Source of the DNA: Gammaproteobacteria bacterium
GTDB taxonomy: Bacteria; Pseudomonadota; Gammaproteobacteria; Steroidobacterales; Rariloculaceae
DNA length: 64,000 nucleotides
Direction: 5' to 3'
Assembly: GCA_039933105.1 (NCBI GenBank)
Contig: JBDTOT010000020.1
Span: 13,682 to 77,681, forward strand
Below are positions 30,197 through 41,232 of this stretch, piece after piece; within the stretch, counting starts at the first letter, position 1, and the number at the start of each line of letters is the position of its first letter. The notes beneath the pieces are model-generated. The model was not told the origin of the DNA and did not search any database. It was given only the letters and a program-made list of their open reading frames with translations. The position numbers were made by a program, and so were the translations under genes.

Positions 30197-31243
30197 ATGT
30201 TGTTCACGCGCTGCCCGGAATGCACGACAACCTTCCGGGTCTCTGACGACGCATTGCGGAAGGCCAACGGACAAGTCCGCTGCGGCCGCTGCGCGAGCGT
30301 TTTCAATGCCGTCGCGGAGCAAGTCCAGGGCGACGAGCAGACGGCGCAGGACCCTGGCACCCAGGCGCAGGTGAGCGCCGCGGCGCCAGTCGCGGTGGAA
30401 CCGGAAGCACCCGCCGAGATCTTCATCGAAACGGCAACCGCAGCGTTCGAACCCACGCCATTGCCGCATCGCGCGAACGAGCCGGCTGCGCCGCTCGTTA
30501 CAAGCATCGGCGTAGGCTCGATCGCCGACGTCGTAGCCGAAGCGGAACTCGCAAGCCATGACGATGCGGAGCCCTCGCTCGAGCCTACGGCGAGTGGGCG
30601 CGACGATGCGTCGCCGATCAGCGCCGAGCGAGTCGACGAGGTGCTCGCTGCCAACGCGGACACGCCCCTGCTTTTTTCTAGCGAGCCCCCTTGGTCGGCG
30701 CTCAACGCCGCACCGCAGCGTAGAAGTCGTTGGTGGGGACTCGGCGCAGCGCTCACGCTGGTTCTGCTAGGCGTTCAGGTCGCGAACCACTTTCGCGCAA
30801 CGCTCGCGGGCCACCCCACTTTTGGTGCATTGGCGCAACGCGCTTACGCTCTCGTCGGCGTAACGGTGACACCACGCTGGGACGTGCGCCAATACGAGAT
30901 CCTCGATTGGGTTGCAAACGCCGAGCCGAACACACGCGGCGTAGGTAGCTTGAAGATCAGCGCTCGCATACAGAATCGCGGTCCACAACAACAACCGTAT
31001 CCGCGTGTGCAGTTGCGTTTAAAGGATCGTTGGGAAAAGGCCGTCGGTAGTCGCACGTTTGGACCGGACGAATATCTGCCGCACGATGCACCGCACGCGC
31101 GCCTGATGGCCGTCGGTGAAACCACGCGCGCGGAAATGGAAGTCGTCGACCCCGGCCCCGATGCGTATGGTTTCGAGCTCGATGTTTGCATCGAAGTCGA
31201 AGCGCAGAGACTAACTTGCCGTACCGACAAAGTTTTTCTTTGA
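30197..31243 (+). CDS. Zinc-ribbon (MJ0042-type) and DUF3426 membrane protein
   Basis: CPEC...GQVRCGRC, low-complexity linker, one TM helix, C-terminal periplasmic domain; typical position after prmA. Confidence 0.85.
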   Translation: MLFTRCPECTTTFRVSDDALRKANGQVRCGRCASVFNAVAEQVQGDEQTAQDPGTQAQVSAAAPVAVEPEAPAEIFIETATAAFEPTPLPHRANEPAAPLVTSIGVGSIADVVAEAELASHDDAEPSLEPTASGRDDASPISAERVDEVLAANADTPLLFSSEPPWSALNAAPQRRSRWWGLGAALTLVLLGVQVANHFRATLAGHPTFGALAQRAYALVGVTVTPRWDVRQYEILDWVANAEPNTRGVGSLKISARIQNRGPQQQPYPRVQLRLKDRWEKAVGSRTFGPDEYLPHDAPHARLMAVGETTRAEMEVVDPGPDAYGFELDVCIEVEAQRLTCRTDKVFL

Positions 31244-31270
31244 CGACCACACGCACGCACACAAACGTGT

Positions 31271-31307
31271 AGCAAAAACGCGCGCGCTGCGTGTATGATC
31301 GCGGCAC
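31271..31307 (+). promoter_or_regulatory. Candidate sigma70 promoter for fis-purHD
   Basis: TAGCAA-N18-TATGAT followed by a GC-rich CGCGGCAC discriminator, in an AT-richer intergenic region. Confidence 0.35.
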
Positions 31308-31479
31308 CCTGAGTCGGTTTCCTACTGCTAGAAAAACGGGGTTAGCGTCAACGAGTGCACACTTGGCTAAGTGCCGAGGCAAAACTGCTTTCGCTGATAA
31401 GCACGCGGGACGCTAAATAGAGAGCTGGCACGAACCGATTCAGCGGTGATTGTGGTTGCGTTCTGCAGGGGAGAACGTC

Positions 31480-31797
31480 GTGATCGCGACGCCGAGCATA
31501 AAGAAGACCTCACACAAAAAATCTAAACGCATCGCGAGCCACCCGATTACGGTCGGTGTGCGCAACAAGCCGCTGAGTAGCCTGACGGACGAGTGCCTGA
31601 ACAGCTACTTCGAGAACTTGAACGGACATAAGCCCGGCGATCTGTACCAGCTGGTGATCGGCGAGGTGGAGAAGCCGTTGTTGCGCGCCGTACTGACCTA
31701 TACGCACGGCAACCAAAGCGAAGCCGCTGAGATTCTGGGCATCAACCGCGGCACGCTGCGGAAGAAGCTCAAAGCGTACAAGCTCCCGGGCCGATGA
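31480..31797 (+). CDS. fis: Fis family DNA-binding protein
   Basis: LYQLVIGEVEKPLL, GNQSEAAEILGINRGTLRKKLK HTH; GTG start after GGGGAG. Confidence 0.93.
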   Translation: MIATPSIKKTSHKKSKRIASHPITVGVRNKPLSSLTDECLNSYFENLNGHKPGDLYQLVIGEVEKPLLRAVLTYTHGNQSEAAEILGINRGTLRKKLKAYKLPGR

Positions 31798-33416
31798 GCC
31801 CGGCGCGGCAGAACCCGCGAGCTGCGCCGCACCGCCGCGCAACCGACCAACACACCACCCCGCCGCCGCGGCGCGCGTTACTGAGCGTGGCCGACAAACA
31901 AGGCTTGGAGCCTCTGGCCCAGGGGCTTGCAGCGCTTGGTTACGAAATCGTTTCTACGGGCGGCACGGCAAAAGCGCTACGCAAAGCTGGCATCGACGTG
32001 ACAGACGTCGCCACGATCACAGGCTTTCCCGAAATCATGGACGGCCGCGTGAAAACGTTGCATCCGCATATTCATGGAAGTCTGCTCGCCCGCCGCGGCG
32101 TCGATGATGCGGTGCTGGCTGAGCACGGCATCGGCGTAATCGATCTGCTGGTCGTGAATCTGTATCCGTTCGAGGCGACGACGGCGAGGCTCGATTGCAC
32201 GGACGCCGAGGCCATCGAGAATATCGACGTCGGTGGCCCTGCGATGCTGCGCGCGGCCGCAAAGAATCACGAGCACATCCTCGTGGTGGTGGATCCCGCG
32301 GACTACGCACCCGTGCTGGCCGCTCTCGAAGAAGGCAACGTGTCTACGGGCCTGCGTCGCGAACTCGCGATCAAGGCATTCAGCCACACGTCGCGTTACG
32401 ACGCCGCGATCAGCTCATACCTCCTCGCGCACAGCGCGGCACCCGAGGCCTGGCCCGACCCGCTGCTGCGCAGCTGGCAGCTGGCGCAGACGCTGCGATA
32501 CGGCGAGAACCCGCACCAGCAGGCGGCGCTGTACAGAGCAGCCGAGCACGTACCAGGCACCGTCGCGAACGCGACCAACGTGCAGGGCAAGGAACTGTCG
32601 TTCAACAATCTCGTCGACGCCGACGCGGCCTATCAGGCCGTAAAGGCGTTCGAGGCAGCGGCCTGCGTGATCGTGAAGCACGCGAATCCGTGCGGTGTGG
32701 CCGTGGCCGCAACGCCGTCCGCGGCGTATCAGCTGGCGTATCGCACGGACCCCACGTCGGCTTATGGCGGCGTGATCGCCTTCAACCGGCCGCTCGACCA
32801 AGCCTCGGCAGAGGCGATTCTCGCGCAGCAATTCGCCGAAGTTATCGTCGCACCCGAAGTCACGAAATCAGCGCGGGCGGTTCTCGCGAAAAAGCCGGCC
32901 ATCCGTGTGCTCGAGGCCGGTTGGGCCGCCGCTTCGAGCATTCGCGTGCGCAGCCTCGAGATCAAGGCCGTTGAAGGCGGTGCTCTACTCCAGGACTCGG
33001 ATCGCGGGCACGTCGATCTCGCCACGGCCAAGGTCGTCACCCGCCGCGCGCCGACGAGCGAGGAAATGCGCGACCTTCAGTTCGCATGGACTGTCGTGAA
33101 GTTCGTGAAGTCCAACGCCATCGTGTACACGCACGCCGGCGCAACGCTCGGCATCGGCGCCGGCCAGCCGAGCCGTGTCATGAGCGCGCGAATAGCAGCA
33201 CTGAAAGCAGAGGAAGCCGGGCTCGCGCTGCCCGGAGCGGCGATGGCGTCGGATGCATTCTTCCCGTTTCGCGACGGCATCGATGCCGCAGCGGAGCGGG
33301 GGATTCGTGCCGTCGTGCAGCCCGGCGGTTCGATACGGGACGACGAAGTCGTGAAAGCCGCCGACGAGCACGGCATGGCGATGGTCTTCACCCACATGCG
33401 GCATTTCCGGCATTGA
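31794..33416 (+). CDS. purH: Bifunctional AICAR transformylase/IMP cyclohydrolase
   Basis: [47 protein letters not shown]. Confidence 0.98.
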   Translation: MSPARQNPRAAPHRRATDQHTTPPPRRALLSVADKQGLEPLAQGLAALGYEIVSTGGTAKALRKAGIDVTDVATITGFPEIMDGRVKTLHPHIHGSLLARRGVDDAVLAEHGIGVIDLLVVNLYPFEATTARLDCTDAEAIENIDVGGPAMLRAAAKNHEHILVVVDPADYAPVLAALEEGNVSTGLRRELAIKAFSHTSRYDAAISSYLLAHSAAPEAWPDPLLRSWQLAQTLRYGENPHQQAALYRAAEHVPGTVANATNVQGKELSFNNLVDADAAYQAVKAFEAAACVIVKHANPCGVAVAATPSAAYQLAYRTDPTSAYGGVIAFNRPLDQASAEAILAQQFAEVIVAPEVTKSARAVLAKKPAIRVLEAGWAAASSIRVRSLEIKAVEGGALLQDSDRGHVDLATAKVVTRRAPTSEEMRDLQFAWTVVKFVKSNAIVYTHAGATLGIGAGQPSRVMSARIAALKAEEAGLALPGAAMASDAFFPFRDGIDAAAERGIRAVVQPGGSIRDDEVVKAADEHGMAMVFTHMRHFRH

Positions 33417-33435
33417 CGGCTAACGGAGCGGCAGC

Positions 33436-34725
33436 GTGAAAGTCCTCGTCATCGGTAACGGCGGCCGCGAGCACGCAATCGCCTGGAAGCTGGCCCAATC
33501 CGCGAAGGTGAGCGAAGTGCTCGTCGCCCCGGGCAACGCCGGCACGGCGCGCGAGCCCAACGTCCGCAACGTGCCCATTCCCATCACAGACCTCGATGGG
33601 CTCGTCGAGCTCGCGCAGCGCGAGCACGTCGAGCTTACGATCGTAGGCCCGGAGATGCCGCTCGTAAGTGGCGTTGTCGATCGATTCGAGCTGCACGGGC
33701 TCAAATGCTTCGGTCCGCGCGCCGCCGGCGCGCAACTAGAGGGCTCGAAGGCGTTCACGAAAGATTTTCTTAGCCGGCACAAGATTCCGACCGCCGCGTA
33801 CCGTGCGTTCACCGACTTCGCCGCAGCGCGGGACTACGTGCGCACGCTGACACCACCCGTGGTCATCAAAGCGGACGGCTTGGCCGCCGGCAAAGGGGTG
33901 ATCATCGCCACGACGCTTGCCGACGCGGAAGACACGCTCGACCGCGTGCTGCGTCAGGGCGTTTTTGGTGCAGCCGGCAAAAAGGTCGTGATCGAAGATT
34001 TCTTACGCGGCGAGGAAGCCAGCTTTATCGCGGTCGTCGACGGCACACGTGTCGTTCCGCTCGCGAGCTCGCAGGACCACAAGACACGCGACGACGGGGA
34101 TCGCGGTCCGAACACCGGGGGCATGGGCGCATATTCGCCTGCACCCGTCGTAACGCCGGCGGTCTACGACCGCGTCATGCGCGAGATCATGCTGCCCACC
34201 GTGCGCGGCCTCATGGCCGACGGTATTCACTACCGCGGCTTCTTGTACGCCGGCCTCATGATCGACGACACGGGCAGGCCATTCGTCATCGAGTTCAACT
34301 GCCGGCTCGGCGATCCCGAGACGCAGCCAATCCTGTTCCGCCTGCGAACCGAGCTCGCCGACATCTGTCTCTCCTGCTTCGACGGCACGCTCGGTTCGAA
34401 GCCGATCGACTGGGACCCCCGCGCAACCGTGGGCGTCGTCATGGCGAGCGGTGGGTACCCCGACGCCTACGACGGGGGCAAACCGATTAGCGGTCTCGAC
34501 CGCGCTGCCGGCAGCGACATGAAGGTCTTCCACGGCGGCACGCGACTTGAGAACGGCAAGGTGCTGACCGACGGTGGAAGAGTGCTTTGCGTCGTGGGCG
34601 CTGGGGAAAGTGTGCGCGCGGCCAACGAGGCGGCATACGCGGGCGTCAGCGCGATCACGTGGGACGGAGCGTTCTACCGCACCGACATCGGCTACCGGGC
34701 CATCCAGCGCGAAGAAGCGAGCTGA
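33436..34725 (+). CDS. purD: Phosphoribosylamine-glycine ligase
   Basis: [45 protein letters not shown]. Confidence 0.98.
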   Translation: MKVLVIGNGGREHAIAWKLAQSAKVSEVLVAPGNAGTAREPNVRNVPIPITDLDGLVELAQREHVELTIVGPEMPLVSGVVDRFELHGLKCFGPRAAGAQLEGSKAFTKDFLSRHKIPTAAYRAFTDFAAARDYVRTLTPPVVIKADGLAAGKGVIIATTLADAEDTLDRVLRQGVFGAAGKKVVIEDFLRGEEASFIAVVDGTRVVPLASSQDHKTRDDGDRGPNTGGMGAYSPAPVVTPAVYDRVMREIMLPTVRGLMADGIHYRGFLYAGLMIDDTGRPFVIEFNCRLGDPETQPILFRLRTELADICLSCFDGTLGSKPIDWDPRATVGVVMASGGYPDAYDGGKPISGLDRAAGSDMKVFHGGTRLENGKVLTDGGRVLCVVGAGESVRAANEAAYAGVSAITWDGAFYRTDIGYRAIQREEAS

Positions 34726-34744
34726 CGGAGAGCGTTTCTCTTCC

Positions 34745-34785
34745 GCGTTCCGGCGCCACCGCTCTGTGCGGCGGCGCCGGAACGC
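34745..34785. terminator. Long hairpin between convergent purD and rho (probable bidirectional terminator)
   Basis: GCGTTCCGGCGCC (34745-57) pairs with GGCGCCGGAACGC (34773-85), plus inner CCGC/GCGG pairing. Confidence 0.65.
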
Positions 34786-34806
34786 TACCTAGCCGCTAGG
34801 CTGGTG

Positions 34807-36264
34807 TTACCGCTTCATCGACTCGAAGAAGTCGGCGTTCGTCTTCGTGTCCTGCAGCTTCGACAGCAGGAACTCGATCGCGGCCAGCTCATCCATCGGG
34901 TGCAGCACTTTGCGCAGCACCCACATCTTCTGCAGCTCGTCAGGCGCCGTCAGGAGCTCTTCCTTACGCGTGCCGGAGCGATTGATGTTGATGGACGGGA
35001 ACACGCGTTTCTCCGCGATACGGCGATCCAGGTGGATCTCCATGTTGCCCGTGCCCTTGAACTCCTCGTAGATGACGTCGTCCATCTTCGAACCCGTGTC
35101 GATCAGCGCCGTGGCGATGATCGTGAGCGAGCCGCCCTCCTCGATGTTGCGCGCGGCGCCGAAAAAGCGCTTTGGCCGCTGCAACGCGTTCGCGTCGACG
35201 CCGCCCGTCAGCACCTTGCCGGACGACGGCACTACGGTGTTGTAGGCGCGCGCGAGGCGCGTGATCGAGTCGAGAAGAATCACGACGTCCTGCTTGTGCT
35301 CCGTGAGGCGTTTGGCCTTCTCAATGACCATCTCGGCCACCTGCACGTGCCGCGTGGCGGGCTCGTCGAACGTGCTCGACACGACCTCGCCGCGGACGGT
35401 GCGTTCCATCTCCGTGACTTCTTCCGGACGCTCGTCGATCAGCAACACGATGAGCTGCACGTCAGGGTGATTCGCGGCAATCGATGCCGCAATGTTCTGC
35501 AGCAACATGGTCTTACCGGCTTTCGGCGGCGAGACGATGAGTCCGCGTTGACCTTTGCCAATCGGCGCCACCATGTCGATGATGCGCGCCGTAAGGTCTT
35601 CCGTGCTGCCGTTGCCCTGCTCGAGCTTGAGCCGTTTCTTCGGGAACAGCGGCGTCAGGTTTTCGAACAGCACCTTGCTCTTCGCGGCTTCGGGGGCGTC
35701 GAGATTGATCTCGCCGACCTTCAACAGCGCGAAGTACCGCTCGCCGTCCTTCGGCGGGCGAATCAAGCCGGAAACCGTGTCACCCGTGCGCAGATTGAAG
35801 CGTCGGATCTGGCTCGGGCTCACGTAGATGTCGTCGGGGCCCGCGAGGTAGGAACCATCCGAAGAGCGCAGGAAGCCGAAGCCGTCCTGCAGGATCTCGA
35901 GCACACCTTCGCCGAAGATGCTCTCGCCGTTCTTGGCGTGCGCTTTCAGGACCGAGAAGATGATGTCCTGCTTGCGCGAGCGGGCGAGGTTCTCGATGCC
36001 CATCGATTCGCCGAGCGTCACGAGCGCCGCCACCGGGCGCGTCTTCAGCTCGGACAAATTCATCGCATTCTTGGTTTGCTCGAGCTCCGCGGCTGGAATG
36101 ACGTCGAACTCTTCGTCATCCGGAAACTCTTCGCGCATGGGCGGGCGATTACGGCGACCACCGCGCTCCCGTTTGCCGTTGTTGTTGTTATTGTTGTTGC
36201 TATTGCTATTGCTGTTGCTGTTGCTGTTGCTGTTGTCGCCGGGCTGCCGCGGCCCATCTTTCAT
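34807..36264 (-). CDS. rho: Transcription termination factor Rho with N-terminal extension
   Basis: MNLSELK core at 36063, [36 protein letters not shown]; start ATG 36264 or GTG 36300. Confidence 0.97.
   Translation of the reverse strand: MKDGPRQPGDNSNSNSNSNSNSNNNNNNNGKRERGGRRNRPPMREEFPDDEEFDVIPAAELEQTKNAMNLSELKTRPVAALVTLGESMGIENLARSRKQDIIFSVLKAHAKNGESIFGEGVLEILQDGFGFLRSSDGSYLAGPDDIYVSPSQIRRFNLRTGDTVSGLIRPPKDGERYFALLKVGEINLDAPEAAKSKVLFENLTPLFPKKRLKLEQGNGSTEDLTARIIDMVAPIGKGQRGLIVSPPKAGKTMLLQNIAASIAANHPDVQLIVLLIDERPEEVTEMERTVRGEVVSSTFDEPATRHVQVAEMVIEKAKRLTEHKQDVVILLDSITRLARAYNTVVPSSGKVLTGGVDANALQRPKRFFGAARNIEEGGSLTIIATALIDTGSKMDDVIYEEFKGTGNMEIHLDRRIAEKRVFPSININRSGTRKEELLTAPDELQKMWVLRKVLHPMDELAAIEFLLSKLQDTKTNADFFESMKR
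36178..36234 (-). repeat. Low-complexity coding repeat (Asn-Ser)x6 followed by Asn x7 within the rho 5' region
   Basis: AAC AGC x4, AAT AGC x2, then an AAC/AAT run; 57 nt. Confidence 0.95.
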
Positions 36265-36306
36265 GCGGGCCCGAGCCGAGTTGCCTAGGTATCCCCTCAC
36301 AAGTTT

Positions 36307-36669
36307 CTACCCGTTACTGGAAGTCGATTGAGTGCGTGTGGCATTGAGATGTGTCTCTAAAAACGATTCGAGTTGTGCTTTGGAAACTGCGCCGACCTGT
36401 TGGGCAGCGACTGTGCCGTTGCGGAACAACAGCAGGGTGGGGATGCCGCGAATGTTGTACTTCGGCGGCGTTTTCGGATTTTCGTCGATATTGAGCTTGA
36501 CGACGCGGAGCTTGTCTTTGTATTGCGTGGCAATGGTGTCGAGGATCGGTGCGATCATCTTACAGGGACCGCACCATTCGGCCCAGAAGTCGAGCAGCAC
36601 CGGCTGCGAAGATTTGACTACGTCTTGTTCGAACGCCGCGTCGGTCGTGTGTACGATCTGATCACTCAC
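36307..36669 (-). CDS. trxA: Thioredoxin
   Basis: [26 protein letters not shown]; trxA-rho synteny. Confidence 0.98.
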   Translation of the reverse strand: MSDQIVHTTDAAFEQDVVKSSQPVLLDFWAEWCGPCKMIAPILDTIATQYKDKLRVVKLNIDENPKTPPKYNIRGIPTLLLFRNGTVAAQQVGAVSKAQLESFLETHLNATRTQSTSSNG

Positions 36670-36882
36670 GATATAAAGATTCCTCTAGGGTTCACTCGCT
36701 CCCCGCGAACCCCGGGAGCGGTATGGTGAAAATCGAATAGAGCCCGGATGAAGCTAAGCCGAAAGTGACGCCGCCTGGCGGGTCAGGCACAATATGGCGG
36801 CTGGTGCTTCCTTCGCGGCTTGCAGGAATACTGTGGAGGTCTGGGAGGGCGTACCGGTATTTTTAACCGTCGAGAAGCCAAT

Positions 36883-38217
36883 TTGCAAGTATCGAGGCCC
36901 GCAATCGAAACCGACCCGCCATCCACCGACCACCTCTCCGACCTCCGGTTTGCCGATTTACCTTTGTCGGCCGCGTTGCAACAGAGCATCGCAGAAGCCG
37001 GGTTCGTTCAGTGCACGCCGATTCAGAGTAAGACGTTGCCCATCGCGATCGAAGGGCAGGATGTGGCTGGCCAGGCACAGACCGGCACCGGCAAGACAGC
37101 CGCATTTCTGGTCGCCATGTACCACCGGCTGGAGCACTCGCCCCCGATCGACATCGAGCCGGGACCGCCAGCGCCACGCGCTTTGATTCTCGCGCCGACT
37201 CGCGAGCTCGCCGTGCAGGTGCACGCGGACGCAGTGCTCCTCGGCAAACACTTGCCCTTCAAGCTCGGCCTCGCGTTCGGCGGCACGGACTACGACAAAC
37301 AGCGCGACGAGCTGGCTGCCGGCGTCGACGTCCTGATCGGTACGCCGGGGCGCATCATCGATTTCTACAAGCAACGCGTGTTTGGGCTGCGCGGAATTCA
37401 AGTTCTGATCCTCGACGAGGCCGATCGCATGTTCGATCTCGGCTTCATCAAGGACATCCGCTTCGTGCTGCGGCGACTACCCGAGCATGACCATCGATTG
37501 AACATGCTGTTCTCCGCCACGCTGTCGCACCGCGTGCTCGAGCTCGCGTACGAGCACATGAACGATCCGGAGCTCGTGCGTATCGAGCCCGACAAAATGA
37601 CCGTCGATCGCGTCACGCAGAGCATCTATTTCCCCGCGAACGAAGAAAAGTTCCCGCTGCTTCTGACGCTGCTGCGGGATCGCGATCCGCACCGCACCAT
37701 GATCTTCGTGAACACGCGGCGCGAAGCCGATCGCTTGAGCGAACGCCTGCAACACAACGGCATCAAAGCCGAGGCCCTGTCCGGCGACGTGCCCCAACGC
37801 AAGCGCTTACGCATGCTGAAGGACTTCCTGGCCGGTCAGCTCGACGTCTTGATCGGTACTGACGTCGCGTCACGCGGATTGCACGTGCCGGGCGTAAGCC
37901 ACGTATTCAACTACGACCTGCCGCAGGATGCGGAAGACTACGTGCACAGGATCGGTCGCACGGCGCGCGCGGGCGCCACGGGCGACGCCATCAGCTTCGG
38001 CTGCGAGGCGTACGCGATATCGTTGCCCGAGATCGAGGCGTTCATCGGCCGCAAGATTCCGGTCGCCTCGTTCGATCACACCGCCCTGATGAGCGGACTT
38101 CCGCACACGCCGAGCCACCGCCCGCCGCGAAATGGGCCGCCGGATGGCCGTCGCCGTCCGGGTGGCGGTGGCGGTGGCGGCCCGCGCCGCCGCCCGCGCA
38201 ACGCACAACGTTCGTAG
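36883..38217 (+). CDS. rhlB: DEAD-box RNA helicase RhlB
   Basis: [29 protein letters not shown]; divergent from trxA; start uncertain. Confidence 0.92.
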   Translation: MQVSRPAIETDPPSTDHLSDLRFADLPLSAALQQSIAEAGFVQCTPIQSKTLPIAIEGQDVAGQAQTGTGKTAAFLVAMYHRLEHSPPIDIEPGPPAPRALILAPTRELAVQVHADAVLLGKHLPFKLGLAFGGTDYDKQRDELAAGVDVLIGTPGRIIDFYKQRVFGLRGIQVLILDEADRMFDLGFIKDIRFVLRRLPEHDHRLNMLFSATLSHRVLELAYEHMNDPELVRIEPDKMTVDRVTQSIYFPANEEKFPLLLTLLRDRDPHRTMIFVNTRREADRLSERLQHNGIKAEALSGDVPQRKRLRMLKDFLAGQLDVLIGTDVASRGLHVPGVSHVFNYDLPQDAEDYVHRIGRTARAGATGDAISFGCEAYAISLPEIEAFIGRKIPVASFDHTALMSGLPHTPSHRPPRNGPPDGRRRPGGGGGGGPRRRPRNAQRS

Positions 38218-38886
38218 CTAGATCAGGTCCGCGACGCCGTCGATGGCCGCGAAATCGGCTATCGCGCGCGGTGGCTGGCGCGAGTCCGGCTGGCGTATCG
38301 CCACCGTGTGTTGCACGCCGTACGACCGAGCGACGGCCAGCACGGCAAGGCTGTCCTCGATCAACAGGGTTCGTGCAGCGTCGAACCGCTCGTGACGCTC
38401 GAGCACCCGCCAGAAATCCGCGCTCTCTTTCGGTGCCGCATAGTCGTGCGAGCACACGACGCCGTCGACGAGCTTGTCGATGCCGGTGTGCTCAGCCTTG
38501 ACCTCGAACGTATCGCGATGCGCGTTGGTTACGATGCAGAGTCGCTTGCGCATGACCCGAACCGCAGCGAGAAATTCTCGGGCACCCGGCAGAAAACGGA
38601 TGTGCTCGCGGTGTTCACGCTTCAATGTCTTCAGATCGAGACCAAGATCACGCGTCCAATGATCGAGGCAATACCAATCGAGCGTGCCGACCTTGGCGGC
38701 AAAACGGGGCGCGAGCACCGCTCGCGACTCCTCGACGCTCAAGCCTTGCTTGCGGCCATAACGCTCCGGCACGAGGTCGAGCCAAAAGTAATTGTCGAAC
38801 GCCAGATCGAGTAACGTGCCGTCCATGTCGACGAGCACCGTGTCGATCGCGCTCCAATCGACGGTGAAGGTGGCTGTTTGCCCCAT
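38218..38886 (-). CDS. yrfG: HAD family GMP/IMP nucleotidase (YrfG)
   Basis: DMDGTLLDLAFDNYFW, GTLDWYCLDHW, VTNAH, LIEDS. Confidence 0.9.
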   Translation of the reverse strand: MGQTATFTVDWSAIDTVLVDMDGTLLDLAFDNYFWLDLVPERYGRKQGLSVEESRAVLAPRFAAKVGTLDWYCLDHWTRDLGLDLKTLKREHREHIRFLPGAREFLAAVRVMRKRLCIVTNAHRDTFEVKAEHTGIDKLVDGVVCSHDYAAPKESADFWRVLERHERFDAARTLLIEDSLAVLAVARSYGVQHTVAIRQPDSRQPPRAIADFAAIDGVADLI

Positions 38887-38909
38887 GGCTCTATGATACA
38901 AGAGGCGGC

Positions 38910-39743
38910 GTGATCGACCTGACCGAAAAACGCCGCCTGCTCGACGATGTCGCACGTATAGCCCGTGATGCGGCGCGCGCTATTCTCGAAGTGTACGGCA
39001 CCGACTTCACCGTCACGCTGAAGGACGACCGTTCCCCTCTGACCGAAGCCGACAAACGCGCGCACACGATCATCGACGCGGGTCTGCGCACACTCGACGC
39101 GGCCACGCCTGTGCTTTCGGAAGAGGCCGCACCCGAACAGAGCACGCAACGGCGCAGCTGGCAGCGGTTCTGGCTCGTCGACCCGCTCGACGGCACGAAG
39201 GAGTTCCTGAAGCGTAATGGCGAGTTCACCGTGAATATCGCGCTCGTGATCGGGCACCGGGCCGAACTCGGTGTCGTGCTTGCACCGGTACATGACCGGT
39301 TGTATTTCGGCGCGCTCGGGCTCGGGGCTTGGCGACAAGACGGCGACGAGCTACCCGAACCGATTTATGTCGAACGAACCGCGAAGGTTCCACCGCGCGT
39401 AGTCGGTAGCCGCAGCCACGAAACCGGCGCGCTCAGCGACTACCTCGCTGCACTTGGCCCACATACCGTCACACCGATGGGCAGCTCGCTGAAAATATGT
39501 CTCATTGCCGAGGGTGCAGCGGATCTTTACCCGCGGCTCGGACCCACGTCCGAATGGGACACCGCAGCCGCGCAGGCTATCCTCGAGAGCGCGGGCGGGC
39601 GTATGATCGATTCGACCGGCCAGCCGCTGCGCTACAACTCCAAAGACGATCTGCTGAATCCTCACTTTTTCGCCTTTGGCGATCAACGGCGCGATTGGTT
39701 GGCGCCGATCCGAAGCAGCCGTGGACGACAAGATAGACACTGA
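38910..39743 (+). CDS. cysQ: 3'(2'),5'-bisphosphate nucleotidase CysQ
   Basis: SPLTEAD, LSEE, DPLDGTKEF, GSSLK, SEWDTAAAQA. Confidence 0.95.
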   Translation: MIDLTEKRRLLDDVARIARDAARAILEVYGTDFTVTLKDDRSPLTEADKRAHTIIDAGLRTLDAATPVLSEEAAPEQSTQRRSWQRFWLVDPLDGTKEFLKRNGEFTVNIALVIGHRAELGVVLAPVHDRLYFGALGLGAWRQDGDELPEPIYVERTAKVPPRVVGSRSHETGALSDYLAALGPHTVTPMGSSLKICLIAEGAADLYPRLGPTSEWDTAAAQAILESAGGRMIDSTGQPLRYNSKDDLLNPHFFAFGDQRRDWLAPIRSSRGRQDRH

Positions 39744-39936
39744 CCCCTTTCGGAGCGTGGAGCGCATCAAGCAGCTACGCGTCGAGCATCGCGACCTTGA
39801 TCTTGTCATCGCACGGCTCGTCAGCGATCCGCACGTCGATCAGCTCATGCTGAAGCGGCTGAAGAAACGCAAACTCATTCTGAAAGATATGATCACGCAG
39901 CTCGAGAGTGCGCGCATTCCAGACCTGAACGCATAG
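39721..39936 (+). CDS. DUF465 (YdcH-like) coiled-coil protein
   Basis: LRVEHRDLDLVI...RLKKRKLILKDMI. Confidence 0.85.
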   Translation: MDDKIDTDPFRSVERIKQLRVEHRDLDLVIARLVSDPHVDQLMLKRLKKRKLILKDMITQLESARIPDLNA

Positions 39937-39943
39937 ACGCCGC

Positions 39944-40885
39944 ATGGATTTAATGGCGGACATCGGTGCAACGCATACGCGCTGCGCCCTTCTCGATGAC
40001 CAGGGCAAGGAAGTCGCTCCGGAGGTCTTCGACAACGTGGACTTCACCGGTCTCGTCGGCATCCTGAGCATCTACCTCGATCATCGCCGTTCGAGCGATC
40101 GGCCGAAACGCGCGGCGCTCGCCATCGCCGCCCCGATACTGGGCGACGAAGTTCAGATGATCAATATCAATTGGCGTTTCTCTCAGGCCGAGCTCAAGGC
40201 ACAGCTCGGCCTGCAGCGACTGATCATGTGCAACGACTTCGCCGCGGTCGCATGGGGCCTACCTCACTTGGACGTTACGGACCGCGCGCAAATCGGCGGC
40301 GGCGCGCCGCGGCAGCGCGCCACGATGGCCACGCTCGGGCCGGGTTCGGGCCTAGGCGTAGCGGCGCTCGTGCCCTCGGCGGACAGCTGGGCGGTGATGA
40401 CCGGCGAAGGCGGCCACGTATCGCTGCCCGCGTACACGCACGAGGAGCAGGAGGTGATTGCGTTGCTGCGCGAGCGCTTCGGTCACTGCTCCGCCGAACG
40501 CGTGCTGTCGGGCCAGGGGCTGGTGAATCTGTATGTAGCGCTCGCGGAGCTCGCGGGCCGTGGCCAAGCGACTGTGACGCCCGAGGACGTCACGCGCCTC
40601 GCGAACCAACGCGAGCCGCTCGCGCGCAAGACTTTGCAGATGTTCTTCGCGATGCTCGGCACAGTGGCCGGCGACCTCGCGCTAACTACCGGTGCGCTTG
40701 GCGGTGTGTACATCGCAGGCGGTATCGTGCCGCGTTTGCTCGATGTTTTCGCGCAATCCGAGTTTCGCACGCGTTTCGAAACGAAGGGCCGCTACAGCGA
40801 CTACATGGCCGCGATTCCGACCTACGTGATCACGGCAGCGTTACCCGCGTTTCGCGGGCTCCGCTACCTTCTGGGATATCGCTGA
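39944..40885 (+). CDS. glk: Glucokinase
   Basis: ADIGAT, NDFAA, GPGSGLG, GEGGH, SAERVLSG, GGVYIAGGI, FETKGR. Confidence 0.85.
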   Translation: MDLMADIGATHTRCALLDDQGKEVAPEVFDNVDFTGLVGILSIYLDHRRSSDRPKRAALAIAAPILGDEVQMININWRFSQAELKAQLGLQRLIMCNDFAAVAWGLPHLDVTDRAQIGGGAPRQRATMATLGPGSGLGVAALVPSADSWAVMTGEGGHVSLPAYTHEEQEVIALLRERFGHCSAERVLSGQGLVNLYVALAELAGRGQATVTPEDVTRLANQREPLARKTLQMFFAMLGTVAGDLALTTGALGGVYIAGGIVPRLLDVFAQSEFRTRFETKGRYSDYMAAIPTYVITAALPAFRGLRYLLGYR

Positions 40886-40889
40886 CCCA

Positions 40890-41102
40890 TTACCTGGTTG
40901 CCTCTTCGATTTTCTTGCGCTGCTCCGCCGCCTGATCGTCAACGGTCTGCTGGACGCCTTTAGCGCGCTCGATCGTACCGGTCCACGGATCGAAAACACT
41001 CTCTTTGCGCGGCGGCTTCTGCGCCTCAGGCGGCGGCGAGCTGTTGCAAGCCACGAGTGCCAAGGTCAGCGCCACCAGTGACAAGGAAGACTTGACCGTC
41101 AT
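40890..41102 (-). CDS. Small putative lipoprotein (70 aa)
   Basis: ATG 41102 after GGAG; lipobox LVAC; SVFDPWTGTIERAKGVQ helix. Confidence 0.7.
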   Translation of the reverse strand: MTVKSSLSLVALTLALVACNSSPPPEAQKPPRKESVFDPWTGTIERAKGVQQTVDDQAAEQRKKIEEATR

Positions 41103-41232
41103 GATTGCCTCTCCGAGCGGCCATTTATCCCCGTAACGTAACGTGCATTCTTGAGAAATACCGAGACACGGTCCACGTTCGACTTCGTTTTTGCGACATT
41201 TCCGGTTGCGCGGCCCGGTGTATTCTCCCGCG

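Noticed and set aside
31425-31445. TGGCAC upstream of fis as a possible sigma54 promoter
   Set aside because: No TTGC at the required -12 spacing.
34804-36288. 494-aa plus-strand ORF antisense to rho, with poly-Val/Ala/Leu frames over the repeat
   Set aside because: Antisense shadow; the hydrophobic runs are just other readings of the Asn/Ser repeat.
36670-36882. Structured trxA-rhlB intergenic region as a possible tRNA or ncRNA
   Set aside because: Only short hairpins; no cloverleaf or recognisable family motif.
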